A stretch of DNA of 64,000 nucleotides from positions 10,528-74,527 of the forward strand of contig JAYPQH010000033.1 of assembly GCA_038131935.1 (NCBI GenBank), read 5' to 3'. The position numbers and the translations under genes were made by a program. The DNA is from Alphaproteobacteria bacterium (lineage in GTDB: Bacteria > Pseudomonadota > Alphaproteobacteria > UBA8317). This document shows, in pieces, positions 20,797-34,420 of this stretch. Every line of letters starts with the position of its first letter. The first letter of the stretch is position 1. The notes beneath the pieces were generated by a model. The model was given only the letters and a program-made list of their open reading frames with translations. It ran no database searches and had not been told where the DNA came from.

Positions 20797-20809
20797 GGAA
20801 ACCCTGCGA

Positions 20810-21913
20810 TTGGCACTTCAAAAACTGACGTTACGAAATTTTAGGAACCATGCATACACAGAGTTGTTGCTTGCTGGTCGGAACCTTGTTTTGTTCGGTG
20901 CTAATGGATCAGGAAAAACAAACGTCTTAGATGCAGTATCTCTTCTATCCCCAGGACGAGGAATGCGACGCTCACCTTATGTTGATATGCTCAGAAAGGG
21001 TCATGAACATGAAGGCTGGGGTGTGGAAGCATGCTTCACGGGGCATGTGGATGAAGGCATAACAATGGTTACCGGCGTAAGAGCGGACCAACCGTCAAAG
21101 CGATTGGCAAGATTGAATGGTTCAGATGTTGCGTTAAATACATTTGCCGAAGTTTGCGGGCTAACATGGCTAACACCTCGCCATGACCGGTTGTTTTTGG
21201 AGTCAGCTGCTGAGCGAAGGCGCTTTCTAGATCGTCTTGTTCTGTCTGTTTTTCCTCAGCATGGTCGACTTACTAATCTCTTCGAACGACATATGCGCGA
21301 GCGTGTCAAAATATTAGAAATGGGGGACGATGAAATTTGGCTGACAGCGGTGGAAGAAAAACTTGCGGATGCTGCATGGCAATTGAGCCAAAATAGACAG
21401 TCTTGGGTGTACCAAATTGCTAGAGAGTTGATCGAACCAGAATATGGATTTCCAGGTTGTGACGTTGCATTGATACAGCCTTTTGGTCCCCTCATCACCC
21501 AAATCGATAGTAAGTCTCACTATATTGAGTTGCTTAAACAAAGAAGAAATGCTGATAAAGCTGCTGGCAGGCTATTGATTGGGCCACATCGTGCAGACTT
21601 GGCGGGTTGGTATCGTGAAAAGCTAATGCCAGCAGCACAATGTTCAACAGGCGAGCAAAAAGCCCTACTTGTGAGTATCTTAATTGCTCATATCAAACTT
21701 TTAAGGTCCCGTGATGAATATTTGCCAATTCTGGTTTTGCTAGATGAAATTGGTGCACATTTTGATCCATCTCGCAGAAAAGCTTTGGCATCAGTACTTC
21801 TTAAACTCCGGGCACAGGCTTTTCTCACGGGAACAGAAGAGCATCTGTTTTCTGATTTTGGCAGTGATACGTTATTTGTGCGTTTGGAGGATGGTAAGGC
21901 ATATGAATGCTAG
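20810..21913 (+). CDS. recF: DNA replication/repair protein RecF
   Basis: Walker A GANGSGKTN, signature STGEQKALL, Walker B ILVLLDEIGAHFD. TTG start. Confidence 0.9.
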   Translation: MALQKLTLRNFRNHAYTELLLAGRNLVLFGANGSGKTNVLDAVSLLSPGRGMRRSPYVDMLRKGHEHEGWGVEACFTGHVDEGITMVTGVRADQPSKRLARLNGSDVALNTFAEVCGLTWLTPRHDRLFLESAAERRRFLDRLVLSVFPQHGRLTNLFERHMRERVKILEMGDDEIWLTAVEEKLADAAWQLSQNRQSWVYQIARELIEPEYGFPGCDVALIQPFGPLITQIDSKSHYIELLKQRRNADKAAGRLLIGPHRADLAGWYREKLMPAAQCSTGEQKALLVSILIAHIKLLRSRDEYLPILVLLDEIGAHFDPSRRKALASVLLKLRAQAFLTGTEEHLFSDFGSDTLFVRLEDGKAYEC

Positions 21914-21985
21914 CCTTCTAGACCTCAGCGTGAGGTCTGATATGATGTTAAAAGAAATGCACCTAGGTGATTTGGATAGGAATGA

Positions 21986-24385
<2,400 letters not shown>

Positions 24386-24462
24386 TTTCTTGACTATGTG
24401 TTTGTTGCTGGCAACATCATTGTTAACCAACAACGCATTGAGAAATCAAAGGAAGGTGAACA

Positions 24463-24948
24463 ATGAAGTTCTGGAGTGATGATATTAAACCTAATGAAGT
24501 GATGAGCATGGATCATGTTCTGTCAGCGGATTATGGCTTTGGTTGCGAGGGAGGTAACATCTCCCCATCATTATCTTGGTCAGATCTTCCCGCAGATGCC
24601 ACCCATGTGACGGTGCTCTGTTTTGATCCTGATGCACCGACAGGAAGTGGTTTTTGGCATTGGTTGGTCGCAAATATACCTGTTCAACATCATGGTCTTG
24701 AACGGCATGCTTCGGGTGAAGGTAAAATTCCTGAAGGTGCCATGGAAACACGAACAGACTTTGGAAAACCAGGATGGGGAGGTCCTTGTCCGCCCGAAGG
24801 TGACAAACCTCATGCTTATGTTTTTACATTGCATGCTCATAAAGGCACTATCCAGGTTTATGAAGATATACCCGCTGCACAAGTTGGGTTTCAGCTACAT
24901 TTTGCTAGCATAGCAGAAACAAGCTTCACAGGTTTTTTTGGTCGTTAA
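24463..24948 (+). CDS. YbhB/YbcL-family Raf-kinase-inhibitor-like (PEBP) protein
   Basis: Motifs FWHWLVANIP and GGPCPPEGDKPHAYVFTLHA. Confidence 0.8.
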   Translation: MKFWSDDIKPNEVMSMDHVLSADYGFGCEGGNISPSLSWSDLPADATHVTVLCFDPDAPTGSGFWHWLVANIPVQHHGLERHASGEGKIPEGAMETRTDFGKPGWGGPCPPEGDKPHAYVFTLHAHKGTIQVYEDIPAAQVGFQLHFASIAETSFTGFFGR

Positions 24949-27900
24949 TTAAGCGGCATTCTTCTCTTGGCTGGCTTGATAAAATTTGTTCAAGGCAGCC
25001 TCGAGTTCCTTTTCTGCTCGAGCCATATTTTCGCACTTTACAGGACCAAATCCCTTTATGGTGGCAAATGCGTCAAGAATAGCATCTACATGCTGAATTG
25101 TGCGTTCATCAATTTGATCTGATATATCATGTAATATGGTGACAAAACGTTCCCGCCATTCATTTTCTGATTGCCTCTCTTGTGTCCAAGAGAACGGATT
25201 AAAAGGTGTGAACCGTAAAAATTTACATTTGGCTAAAAATTTCATGGGCGTCAAAATCCAAGAGCCGAATTTTCGTTTTTTGGGTCTTCCCGTAAGCTTA
25301 TCGATACCTGGGAGAAATGGTGGGGCTAGGTATAAGGAAAAAGATCCCTGGTGCTTGAATTCCCGGTCAAGTTTTTCTTGAAAGTCCACAGATGTGTAAA
25401 GCCTAGAGATTTCAAATTCATCTTTGATAGCAAATAGGCGGAAGCCAACATCCAAAGCTTTTGAATAGAGCCGTTTGTCTTGGTCGCTTACCGTTGAAAC
25501 AGATCCCTCAAATGCGGTCATGATGGCTTCAAATCGTGATGCATAAGCATCATTATGGTAATCCTTTAATTTGGCTTTATAATCACCAAGGTCATTTTTA
25601 TGTTCTGTTATTGGCTCTTTCAACGTGAACCCATTGACCACAGCTGCACCAAGTTGGAAGGCTTTTTGATTGTTTTCAACCTGGACACCATTCAAAGATA
25701 TGGCTTCCATCAGTGCATCATAGGACAAAGGCAAGAGACCTCTTTGCCATGAGTTTCCCAGCATAATCATGTTGGCATACATACTATCTCCAAAGCCCGC
25801 ACGAGAAATGGACTCCGCATCTATGGACACCAAGCTTTGGACTTTTGTCTTTAAAAATTCCAACCGATCTGGTGAGGATTTAAGGCCTTTGTTACCCTTG
25901 GATATAATAAATTCTTTGGTAGGTATAACAGACGTATTGGCAACCATACTGGTTCTTTGATTGTTGAGTGTTTTGAGCATGTCAGCTGATGTTGCGGTGA
26001 CAAGGTCACAAGCGATAAACGCGTCTGCTGAGCCTGGGATAATGCGCCCGGTGTGAACAGCTTGGTCTTGAGAGAATTTGATAGCTGCAGTCACAGCGCC
26101 GCCTTTTTGTGCCAAGCCACTGATATCAGCACTGGCAACATTCAAGCCATCTAAATGAGCTGCTGTAGAACAGATCGCAGAGATCGTCATGATACCGGTT
26201 CCCCCAACACCAGTCATCACCATGTTAAAGAAAGGCTGGTTCTCCCAAACAGGTTGTTTTGGAGGGGTTATGAATGTTGTTAGGCTTTGAAGATCCACTT
26301 TTTTGGGGGGCTGTATTGAACCCCCCTCTATCTCCACGAAGGATGGGCAAAAGCCCTTTAAACAAGACATATCTGTGTTACAATTGGTCTGATTAATTTG
26401 TCGTTTGCGACCCAATTCTGTTTCTAAAGGTTCTATAGCGATACAATTTGATTGAATGGAACAGTCTCCACATCCCTCGCAAACGGCATCATAGATAAAT
26501 AGCTTTTTGGTATCAGCAGGCCGCTTTCCTCGCTTGATTTGACGTCGCTTTTCCGTGGCGCAGACTTGTTCATGAATAAGCACCGATACACCAGGTAATG
26601 TCGTCATCTTCTCTTGAACAGATAAGATTTCATCACGATGATAAACGGCTATACCTAAACCGTTGTGAATTTCGGGGCGATCACTGGTCACAAAAATATG
26701 CTGCACCCCTTCAGCCCGGACTTGAGCTACGATGCTTGAAACCGTTTGTTGGCCATCTACAGACTGCCCACCTGTCATGGCCACAGCATCATTGAAAAGG
26801 ATCTTGAAGCCTATTGTTTCACCACTTGCTACGGCTTGTCTTATGGCTAATGTTTGTGAGTGGAAGTAGGTTCCGTCACCAACATTTGCCCATGCATATC
26901 CCGGTTCCCTGAACGGAGCGGCACCAATAATCGTCATACCTTCCCCACCCATATGGGTATAACCTTCTGTTGACTTTCCTTCTTGCAGCTGAACCATCGC
27001 GTGGCATCCGATACCAGCGCCAACACGTGCATTGGGAAGAACGCGTGTACCTGTATTATGAGGGCAGCCAGAACAAAAAATGTGGCACACGTTCAGAAAA
27101 ACACCTTTGCCTCAATTTTTTTGATCTAATGGTGCCAAAAATTGTTGCAACCTCTTAACAAGTTCATTGTCAGCTCCAATCGTCAGAAGCTTTAACAGCG
27201 CGCGCGCGCAATCTTTTGATTCTAACGTAACAACTTCTGATAAAAGTGGTTGGCCTTGCGCATCAGTTTTACCCCAAATCATAGGCCTTTGGGGATGGTG
27301 GTAGAGAATGTCTCGAATTTGTGGTTCTAAAAACCGCCTTTTGGGATCTAATACGAGAATAGAATGCTTCGTCGTGGCAAATTCCGTAAGACCTTGTGGT
27401 TCTAATGGCCATGTAACACCAACTTTGTAAACAGCCAGGGAAGCTTCTTGAAGTATGTCTTCATCAATACCCAATTCGGCAAATAGATCATAAATTAATC
27501 CCATGCCATGTCCTGAGGTAATGATACCAAATTTAGCTTGGGTAGGGCCAAGCACTTGTTTGTTGAGCTGGTTATGCCGAATGTAGGATAGTGCTGCAGG
27601 TAGCCGGATTTCACGAAGTGTTTGTTCTACAACCACCCTATCTTGTAGGCGCGGTACAAAACGTCCTCCATGGGTACTGTACCCTGGTGCCGTCTCGGGT
27701 ATGAGGAATTCTTGAGTGGATGGTAGGTAAATCCCTGATCCATCCATCAATTCTGGGGTTACCGTCATTGCAGTCCATACACCGGCAAAACGTGACATGG
27801 CCCATCCATGTAAGCCCATATCTATGATATCTTGTACATGCATCGGGCTGAAAACAGGCATCTCAAGATCGGCAAAACTAACATCGGTTTGGGATGCAAT

Positions 27901-28365
27901 TGTGGATGATTTGGCAACAGGGTCATCCCCACCTATGGCCAAAACGCCTCCCCATGGATCTGTCCCATAAATGTTTGCATGTCGAATGGGATCGCCTGAA
28001 CGATCAATGCCGGGCGCTTTGGCGTAGAAAAGACCAAAAACACCGTCAAAGAGTTTGCTACTATCGCGATGGATTTGCTGGGTACCCCATACCATGGTAG
28101 CGCCGAGATCTTCATTTACTGCAGGACGAAAAACAATATCATGGGCGTCGAGTAAGGCTTTTGCACGTGTCATTTGCATATCAACACCGCCAACAGGGCT
28201 TCCACGATAGCCCGTAACAAATCCAGCAGTATGTCGATCAGCAGCTTTATCTCGGCGTGCTTGCTCCAACACAAGACGCACAAGGGCTTGGGTTCCTGTC
28301 ATCAAGGAAGGGCCGTCATGCTCATGATATTTATCATCTAACGAAAAATTTGGTCTCAGCCCCAT
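24949..28365 (-). pseudogene. Fused indolepyruvate ferredoxin oxidoreductase family protein, interrupted by an in-frame TGA / short frame excursion
   Basis: ORFs 27112-28365 and 24949-27090 are in the same frame, separated by TGA 27112-27114. The TPP-enzyme N-part is followed by FCSGCPHN, GDGTYFH, 4Fe-4S-like CEGCGDC and the gamma-like domain GVGGTG. See the finding for the alternative frame. Confidence 0.85.
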
Positions 28366-28443
28366 GTAGAACCTCCCTTCCCGCGTTACCGTCTATCCTT
28401 AGCAGCTTCAATCATGACAGACAATTTAAACAGCATTGGCGTT

Positions 28444-29475
28444 TCACCATTTCTGATCATTCTGTCCTAATAACCAGCGTTGGGTAAGATAGCCTGACAG
28501 CAGCATGGTTATGGTTGCAAGTAATGACCAAGGGGAAAGAGTCCCCATCCCTGTGATCGCCTGACCCGTGGTACAGCCAAGCGCCAAAACCCCACCTATC
28601 CCCATCAAAACAGAACCTAAGAAATAACGCACGTGATCCTTGGTATGCGCAAAGCTTTGCCAGGTGAATGTTTTCCCTAGGACGGCTGATCCAAAAGCAC
28701 CAAGCATGGTTCCCCCAACCAATGCGGTCGCAAAGGTGGGTGCAACGCCACTAGCCAACATAATATACACCAAACCCTCGGCTGTAGGGACAACGAAGGA
28801 AAAAGATGCTGGCGGCATAGGGTCAAAATCATCTGCACCAAAATGAAGTGTTAGCCACCAAGATACAACAACAAGAACACCCACGATCAAGCCACCAAAT
28901 GTCAGTGCTGACCACCTCATTTTTATTGCAAGGATCACAATTAAAAGACCTAAGATGATGGAAACCACCAATTGAAATGCTTCAGGTAGCAGATTGATGA
29001 GGCTTTCTTGTGGAAAAGATATAGGCATAAAAGACTGGAACCATAGTCGTGGAACAGCCAATATTCCTTTGAATGTTGCATAAGATGATAGACCGATAAT
29101 CAACACACCAAACAATGCACGTAAATTACCGGTAGCTGCCAGTACGAGAAGGCGGGCAGGACACCCACGCGTTAGCATCATACCTACCCCAAATATGGTT
29201 GCCCCAAATAAAAGCGAAATGATCCCAAATTGCTCTGGAACGTAATTGGTTTGCGTCAGCAAAAGCATTTCGGTCTGAACCAGCCATTGGGTTCCTATGA
29301 TAGCAATTCCAAGAGCGGCAAGCCAGCCTGTGAATGATGAAAAACCTTTACCAATGGCTAGGTCATAAACCCCTCTGCGGACACAAAACTGTGTACGTTG
29401 CGCAACAGATCCATAGACAATGCCCAAACCTAATCCGATCAATACCATGATGGTGCGAACTTCTAATGATTCCAA
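28444..29475 (-). CDS. YeeE/YedE-family sulfur-compound transport membrane protein
   Basis: Two sulfur-transport repeats with conserved Cys (RTQFCVRRG, LTRGCPARLL, LGCTTGQ). Polytopic. Confidence 0.8.
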   Translation of the reverse strand: MESLEVRTIMVLIGLGLGIVYGSVAQRTQFCVRRGVYDLAIGKGFSSFTGWLAALGIAIIGTQWLVQTEMLLLTQTNYVPEQFGIISLLFGATIFGVGMMLTRGCPARLLVLAATGNLRALFGVLIIGLSSYATFKGILAVPRLWFQSFMPISFPQESLINLLPEAFQLVVSIILGLLIVILAIKMRWSALTFGGLIVGVLVVVSWWLTLHFGADDFDPMPPASFSFVVPTAEGLVYIMLASGVAPTFATALVGGTMLGAFGSAVLGKTFTWQSFAHTKDHVRYFLGSVLMGIGGVLALGCTTGQAITGMGTLSPWSLLATITMLLSGYLTQRWLLGQNDQKW

Positions 29476-29606
29476 AGTTGATTTCCTTCTGCCCCATTTA
29501 AATTCAAGCCAAAAAACTTTTTGGCCAAAATGCTGTCACGACCTGCAAGAACGCTCACATTAGTGATATGTATATCCTTCTTTGATCATATTATGAGCGG
29601 TTTGTC

Positions 29607-30221
29607 TTGATATTTGAAGTTGTTGACAGCGTAGGTTTGGCGGTTGCCACACTAATTTTCGTGCTCTCACCAGGTGCAGGGGTATTGGCTTTGTTGGCTG
29701 TGGGGCTCCGACAGGGCTGGCAAGCCGCGATCACCCTAGCGACCGGTCTTATTGTCGCAGATATGTTTTATCTGTTGCTCGCTCTTTTTGGCTTGGGGTT
29801 GGTGGGAAATTATCTACCGTCTATTTTGCAAACAGCGCGTATTGTTGGAGCTCTTTATCTTGTCTATCTGGGTATCATGACCTGTCGTGCAGCTCCTCCG
29901 ACACAGATTGATCAAGCGCAGAAACGAAGCCATCTTGTGCTATTTGCTGCAGGTTTTGGTATTTCTATAACAAATCCCAAGGTTGTACTTTTTTATCTTG
30001 GCTTTTTGCCAGCATTCGTGGATTTGGAGAGGGTCTCAATTTCTGTAGCTGCTTGGGTCGTGTTTGTGGTGGTAAGTATGTTGTATGTGGGATGTTGGTT
30101 CTATGCTTTGGCCTGCCATCATGCCCGAACGATATTACTCGATCCGCGCAGAGGACAAATGGTACAATATATTTCTGGCCTTTTGATGATGTTGGCAGCC
30201 TGTTGGATTATTTTTGTATGA
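29607..30221 (+). CDS. LysE/RhtB-family amino-acid exporter
   Basis: 204 aa, about 6 TM, LSPGAGVL motif. TTG start. Confidence 0.75.
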   Translation: MIFEVVDSVGLAVATLIFVLSPGAGVLALLAVGLRQGWQAAITLATGLIVADMFYLLLALFGLGLVGNYLPSILQTARIVGALYLVYLGIMTCRAAPPTQIDQAQKRSHLVLFAAGFGISITNPKVVLFYLGFLPAFVDLERVSISVAAWVVFVVVSMLYVGCWFYALACHHARTILLDPRRGQMVQYISGLLMMLAACWIIFV

Positions 30222-32227
30222 CAAAATCATCAGCCAGCAACAAAAAGACCGCAAAAAAAACAAAAAATATGGCTAGTCCTCGTCCCAAACGTCTTGCCTC
30301 TGCTTCCAAGGCTACGAAGAAAAATGTGCAAACCCCACGCAAAAGTTCGTTTGTGATGCGCATGACCAAATGGCTTGTGGTCTTATGCATATGGATGATG
30401 GTGGCCTTCTCAGCTGTGATTTCATATTATGCAGTAACGCTTCCTGATACTGATAAGCTTACAGACCCTAGGGCATATGGATCTGTGAGGATTTTGGATA
30501 GGTACGGAAATTTTTTGGCGGAACGTGGCCAAAAACATGAAGGAGTTGTGTCATGGGATGCGGTCCCAGCCCATCTTGTTGAGGCCATTCTGGCAACAGA
30601 GGACCGTCATTTTTATTATCACCTTGGCTTCGATCCTATTGGTATTGCACGGGCTATGTATACGAACTTGTCTGCAGGTACCGTGGTGCAAGGAGGCTCT
30701 ACGTTAACACAACAACTTGCCAAAGACCTCTTTTTCTCCTCAGAAAAAAGCATCGAGCGGAAGGTCAAAGAAATTTTGTTGGCGGTATGGTTAGAGTTCC
30801 GTTTCACCAAGCAAGAATTGCTAACTTTTTATCTCAATCGGGTTTATTTGGGCGGTGGTACGTATGGATTTCCTGCGGCAGCACGCTTCTACTTTGACAA
30901 AGATGTGAAGGAACTCTCACTTGGTGAGTCAGCACTTCTTGCGGGCTTACTGAAGGCTCCTTCAAGGCTCTCACCCTTTGCCAACCTGGAGGCATCCTAC
31001 AAGCGTATGGCTTTGGTTCTCCTTCGGATGGTTGAGGTGGGTTACATCACCATGTCTGAGCGCGACAAGGTGATCTCACAACCACCGCGTCCACGTCACG
31101 TGATCGCTGATGGTTCAAGTTATTTCGTTGACAATGTTCTCGACGAGTTAACCCAGATTTCTCATGATGTACGTGATGATATTGTTGTTCAAACCAGTTA
31201 TGATCCCTTGCTGCAATCTCTGGCGAACGATGTCGTTACAAAAAAGTTAAAGACGGCAGATGACCCCAAATTGCAAGCAGCCGTGCTGATTATGGATACG
31301 GATGGAGGTATCCGTGCCATGATAGGAGGAAGATCATATGCTGAGAGCACGTTCAACCGTGCAACACAGGCAAAAAGACAGCCGGGATCTGCTTTTAAAG
31401 CGGTTGTCTACTCCAAAGCGTTACAAGCTGGCATGACACCGTCGACCATGGTGCGTGACACCGAACAGTCATTTTCTGGTTACCGTCCCAAAAATTATAA
31501 CAATAGGTACTTAGGGTCGGTAACCCTTCAACAGGCTTTGTCGCAATCCTCAAATGTTGTGGCGGTCAGTTTGGCAAAAAAAATAGGAATAAATAGGGTT
31601 ATCGATCATGCAAAGCAAATGGGTATAGCCAGCCCCCTGCAACAAAATCTTTCAACAGCCTTAGGCAGTTCTGAGGTCACCTTGCTGGAGTTGGTTAATA
31701 GTTATGCCCTCTTTCCACGTGGGGGAATTGTATCACAACCCTATTCGATTAAGGATGTTCGTTTGCGCGACAACAGCCCAATTTTTCGTCGTCAAAAACG
31801 AACAGCCCATGTGTTGTTGACCGAACGTGAAGCGCGCATGATGAATAGTATGTTGCGTCACGTCATTAAAGATGGAACGGGTAAAGCGGCATATGTAGAT
31901 GATCTTGATTTGGCAGGAAAAACTGGAACAACCTCAGGTTATCGCGATGCCTGGTTTGTGGGCTATTCAAGTGCTCTTGTCACAGGTATTTGGGTTGGTC
32001 ATGATGATGCCACACCCACTCGTGCCGTGACAGGTGGAAAACTACCAGCAGAAATTTTCAAGGATATCATGGTTCCCGCTAGCCACCTTCAAGTGTCAAA
32101 GCCCCTGCCTTTATGGTCAAAGTCTTCAACAGAGGGGTCACGTTCTGTTCATTCGGAACGAATTGAGCAAAATGCTAGTGATGATATGAGTTTAGGCGAT
32201 CTTATTCGTCGTATATTTGGTGACTAA
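30218..32227 (+). CDS. Penicillin-binding protein 1A family (glycosyltransferase + transpeptidase)
   Basis: GT51 motifs EDRHFYYH and GGSTLTQQL. Transpeptidase motifs GSAFK, SQSSN and GKTGTT. ATG 30218 overlaps the LysE stop (ATGA); I rejected the longer ORF-track extension. Confidence 0.85.
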   Translation: MTKSSASNKKTAKKTKNMASPRPKRLASASKATKKNVQTPRKSSFVMRMTKWLVVLCIWMMVAFSAVISYYAVTLPDTDKLTDPRAYGSVRILDRYGNFLAERGQKHEGVVSWDAVPAHLVEAILATEDRHFYYHLGFDPIGIARAMYTNLSAGTVVQGGSTLTQQLAKDLFFSSEKSIERKVKEILLAVWLEFRFTKQELLTFYLNRVYLGGGTYGFPAAARFYFDKDVKELSLGESALLAGLLKAPSRLSPFANLEASYKRMALVLLRMVEVGYITMSERDKVISQPPRPRHVIADGSSYFVDNVLDELTQISHDVRDDIVVQTSYDPLLQSLANDVVTKKLKTADDPKLQAAVLIMDTDGGIRAMIGGRSYAESTFNRATQAKRQPGSAFKAVVYSKALQAGMTPSTMVRDTEQSFSGYRPKNYNNRYLGSVTLQQALSQSSNVVAVSLAKKIGINRVIDHAKQMGIASPLQQNLSTALGSSEVTLLELVNSYALFPRGGIVSQPYSIKDVRLRDNSPIFRRQKRTAHVLLTEREARMMNSMLRHVIKDGTGKAAYVDDLDLAGKTGTTSGYRDAWFVGYSSALVTGIWVGHDDATPTRAVTGGKLPAEIFKDIMVPASHLQVSKPLPLWSKSSTEGSRSVHSERIEQNASDDMSLGDLIRRIFGD

Positions 32228-32912
32228 CAGCTCTTACGGCTTGATCTGAAAAATCTACCGCCATCCACTTCGTTGCGTTTTCTCGCAATATCTCACGGTG
32301 ATGGCGATAATCAGGGTCAAATTGCTTTACCAACGCCCAAAAATCAGGGCTATGGTTCATATGTTTAAGGTGGCATAACTCATGTATCATCACATAGTCG
32401 CGAATTATTCTTGGCATCATGATCAGACGAAAAGAGAGTGAAATATTACCCTTTATGCTGCATGATCCCCATCGTGACTTTGTGTCTTTAATTCTGACGC
32501 CATTTGGTTTCATACCCATTTTCAAGCCCAGTTCACACAACCGTTCATTTAATGTTTTATGGGCCATGTCTTTGAGATGGTTTAGCACAGATGTGCCTGG
32601 ACGCGAAAATGGAATTTTTATTTTTTGGTGCTCTACATCCAGAGAAATTTTTGGATGTTGATGCAAAAAGCTTTTAAAAAAAACACCATCTAGTGGAAGC
32701 CAAGCTGCACCTAAGGTGGGAAGCGAGGCTTCTCGTCTCGCCATTTTTTCTTCTATCCAGTCTGCATGTCCAGCAAGGAATTCTTGTAGTTGTGTTTGTT
32801 TTGCACGAGGATGATGGCGAAGTGTAAAAGTTCCTGTCCGCGTATCAAAACGCAGTGAAAAGCCGCGGGTTTTGTGGTGTGGTATAATGTCGATACGAAG
32901 CTTTCTTTCCAT
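32202..32912 (-). CDS. YgjP-like (DUF45) M48-family zinc metallohydrolase
   Basis: HELCHLKHMNHSPDFW (HExxH). The 3' end overlaps the PBP gene convergently by 26 nt. Confidence 0.75.
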   Translation of the reverse strand: MERKLRIDIIPHHKTRGFSLRFDTRTGTFTLRHHPRAKQTQLQEFLAGHADWIEEKMARREASLPTLGAAWLPLDGVFFKSFLHQHPKISLDVEHQKIKIPFSRPGTSVLNHLKDMAHKTLNERLCELGLKMGMKPNGVRIKDTKSRWGSCSIKGNISLSFRLIMMPRIIRDYVMIHELCHLKHMNHSPDFWALVKQFDPDYRHHREILRENATKWMAVDFSDQAVRAVSHQIYDE

Positions 32913-33087
32913 GCATGAACCTCTTTATGACGAGACGAGCTTAATGTTCGCCGTTCATCACAAGATATTACGTGAGACAAACATGTTGTTGAATATAGTG
33001 ATTGTTTCTGAAAGCCACTCGCATCATAAATAGATGCAAGCTGACCACCATGATTGTCTTTTCCTTTTCAGGCTTAATCACCAGCAC

Positions 33088-34326
33088 TCATAAGGCGGTT
33101 GCATGTGTCCGCATAAATGTTTTCATGATGGGCTGAATTTCCGTGCGGAACCTGCGACCATTAAAAACGCCATAATGTCCAACATGCTTTTGCAAATGAT
33201 CCAAACGGCGGTCTGTGGGTATATTGATACAAATGTCATGGGCTGCTTTTGTCTGACCTATCCCTGAGATATCGTCATTTTCACCTTCGACGGTTAATAA
33301 TGCGGTCCGTGTGATGGACGCAGGCTCAACATGTCTTCCAAAAACCTCCATGGTACCCTGTGGTAGCTCAAAATCCTGAAATACCCTTTTAATGGTATCC
33401 AGGTAAAATTTAGCATCGAGATCCATGACAGAATTGTACTCATCATAAAATTGACGATGTTTTTCAGTGGAATCACCGTCTCCACGCACAAGATTTTGGA
33501 ACATTGCCATATGCTTGCCGAAATGATGATCCATATTCATTGCCATGAAACCAGTGAGTTGCAAAAATCCTGGATAGACAGCACGCATGAAACCGGGATG
33601 CGGATATGGTACACGGCTAATCATGTTGCGCTCAAACCAATCCAAACTGCGCTCTGTGGCCAGTTTATTGGGTACTGTTGGACTTTTGCGTGGGTCCACT
33701 GGTCCCCCCATGATCGTCATGGTGGCTGGTACCAATGGATCATTATCCTGATGCATGAGACTGACAGCAGCAACAACAGCCGGGCCAGGTTGGCAAACAG
33801 CAATGACATGAACGTTAGGACCCAGATGTTTGATCATGCTGATAACGTTGTGGACATAGTGATCAAATCCGAAAATGCCATCTGTGAGCGGCACCATGCG
33901 CGCATCGCGCCAGTCAGAAATGTAAACGTCATGTTCGGGTAGCATCGCTGCAACAGTTCCACGTAAAAGGGTCGCAAAATGTCCTGACATTGGCGCGATC
34001 AACAACACCTTGGGATCATCTCGATGCTCAGTCATCCCTGGATCCCGTTGAAAATGTATGAGATCCACAAAAGTTTCCTGCATGACAACCTTGGGTGTTA
34101 CTTGTGTTTCAACATCGTCAATAAGGGTCGAATGGATCTGCCAATCAGGTTTGCCATAGCGACGGGTATTGGCTTCAAACATTTCTAAAGCTGCCGCAGA
34201 TGCTTTTCCCGCGAGTGTAAGCTTGAGTGGGTTAAGCGGATTTTGCAACATCTGCAAACTTGTCTTTGCCGCAGTGCGCATGGGGGAAATAGCGGCATGT
34301 GTTAATTCATAAGCGTGATACAGCAA
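33088..34326 (-). CDS. phaZ: Intracellular polyhydroxyalkanoate depolymerase
   Basis: N-terminus MLYHAYELTHAAISPMR and overall length are typical of the intracellular PHB depolymerase family. Alpha/beta-hydrolase core. Confidence 0.85.
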   Translation of the reverse strand: MLYHAYELTHAAISPMRTAAKTSLQMLQNPLNPLKLTLAGKASAAALEMFEANTRRYGKPDWQIHSTLIDDVETQVTPKVVMQETFVDLIHFQRDPGMTEHRDDPKVLLIAPMSGHFATLLRGTVAAMLPEHDVYISDWRDARMVPLTDGIFGFDHYVHNVISMIKHLGPNVHVIAVCQPGPAVVAAVSLMHQDNDPLVPATMTIMGGPVDPRKSPTVPNKLATERSLDWFERNMISRVPYPHPGFMRAVYPGFLQLTGFMAMNMDHHFGKHMAMFQNLVRGDGDSTEKHRQFYDEYNSVMDLDAKFYLDTIKRVFQDFELPQGTMEVFGRHVEPASITRTALLTVEGENDDISGIGQTKAAHDICINIPTDRRLDHLQKHVGHYGVFNGRRFRTEIQPIMKTFMRTHATAL

Positions 34327-34420
34327 TGTGTTTGGCCTCCAAACAAGATGGGCGCATGGATAAAGTGGAGCTTAGTAAAGCGGAAATGTCGCACCCTCAC
34401 AAGCTGTAACATTCTCACCC

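Noticed and set aside
27112-27114. Selenocysteine, stop-codon reassignment or programmed readthrough at the in-frame TGA of the IOR gene (and at TAG 46912 and TGA 59924)
   Set aside because: TGA and TAG terminate many intact genes in this window. The TGA cases are explained by flanking homopolymer indels that restore family motifs in a shifted frame. No SECIS-like context was evident.
27196-27207. (GC)n microrepeat agcgcgcgcgcgca inside the IOR gene
   Set aside because: It is short, in frame and within the coding sequence. Nothing suggests a function beyond coding.
30053-30217. N-terminal 55-codon extension of the PBP1A ORF, and similar long 5' extensions (purH 3516-3575, gabD 42184-42342, metY 49891-49968, ybbN 16188-16307)
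   Set aside because: The extensions overlap the upstream gene or a terminator, or read as non-homologous sequence. Internal ATGs with Shine-Dalgarno motifs give family-typical N-termini.
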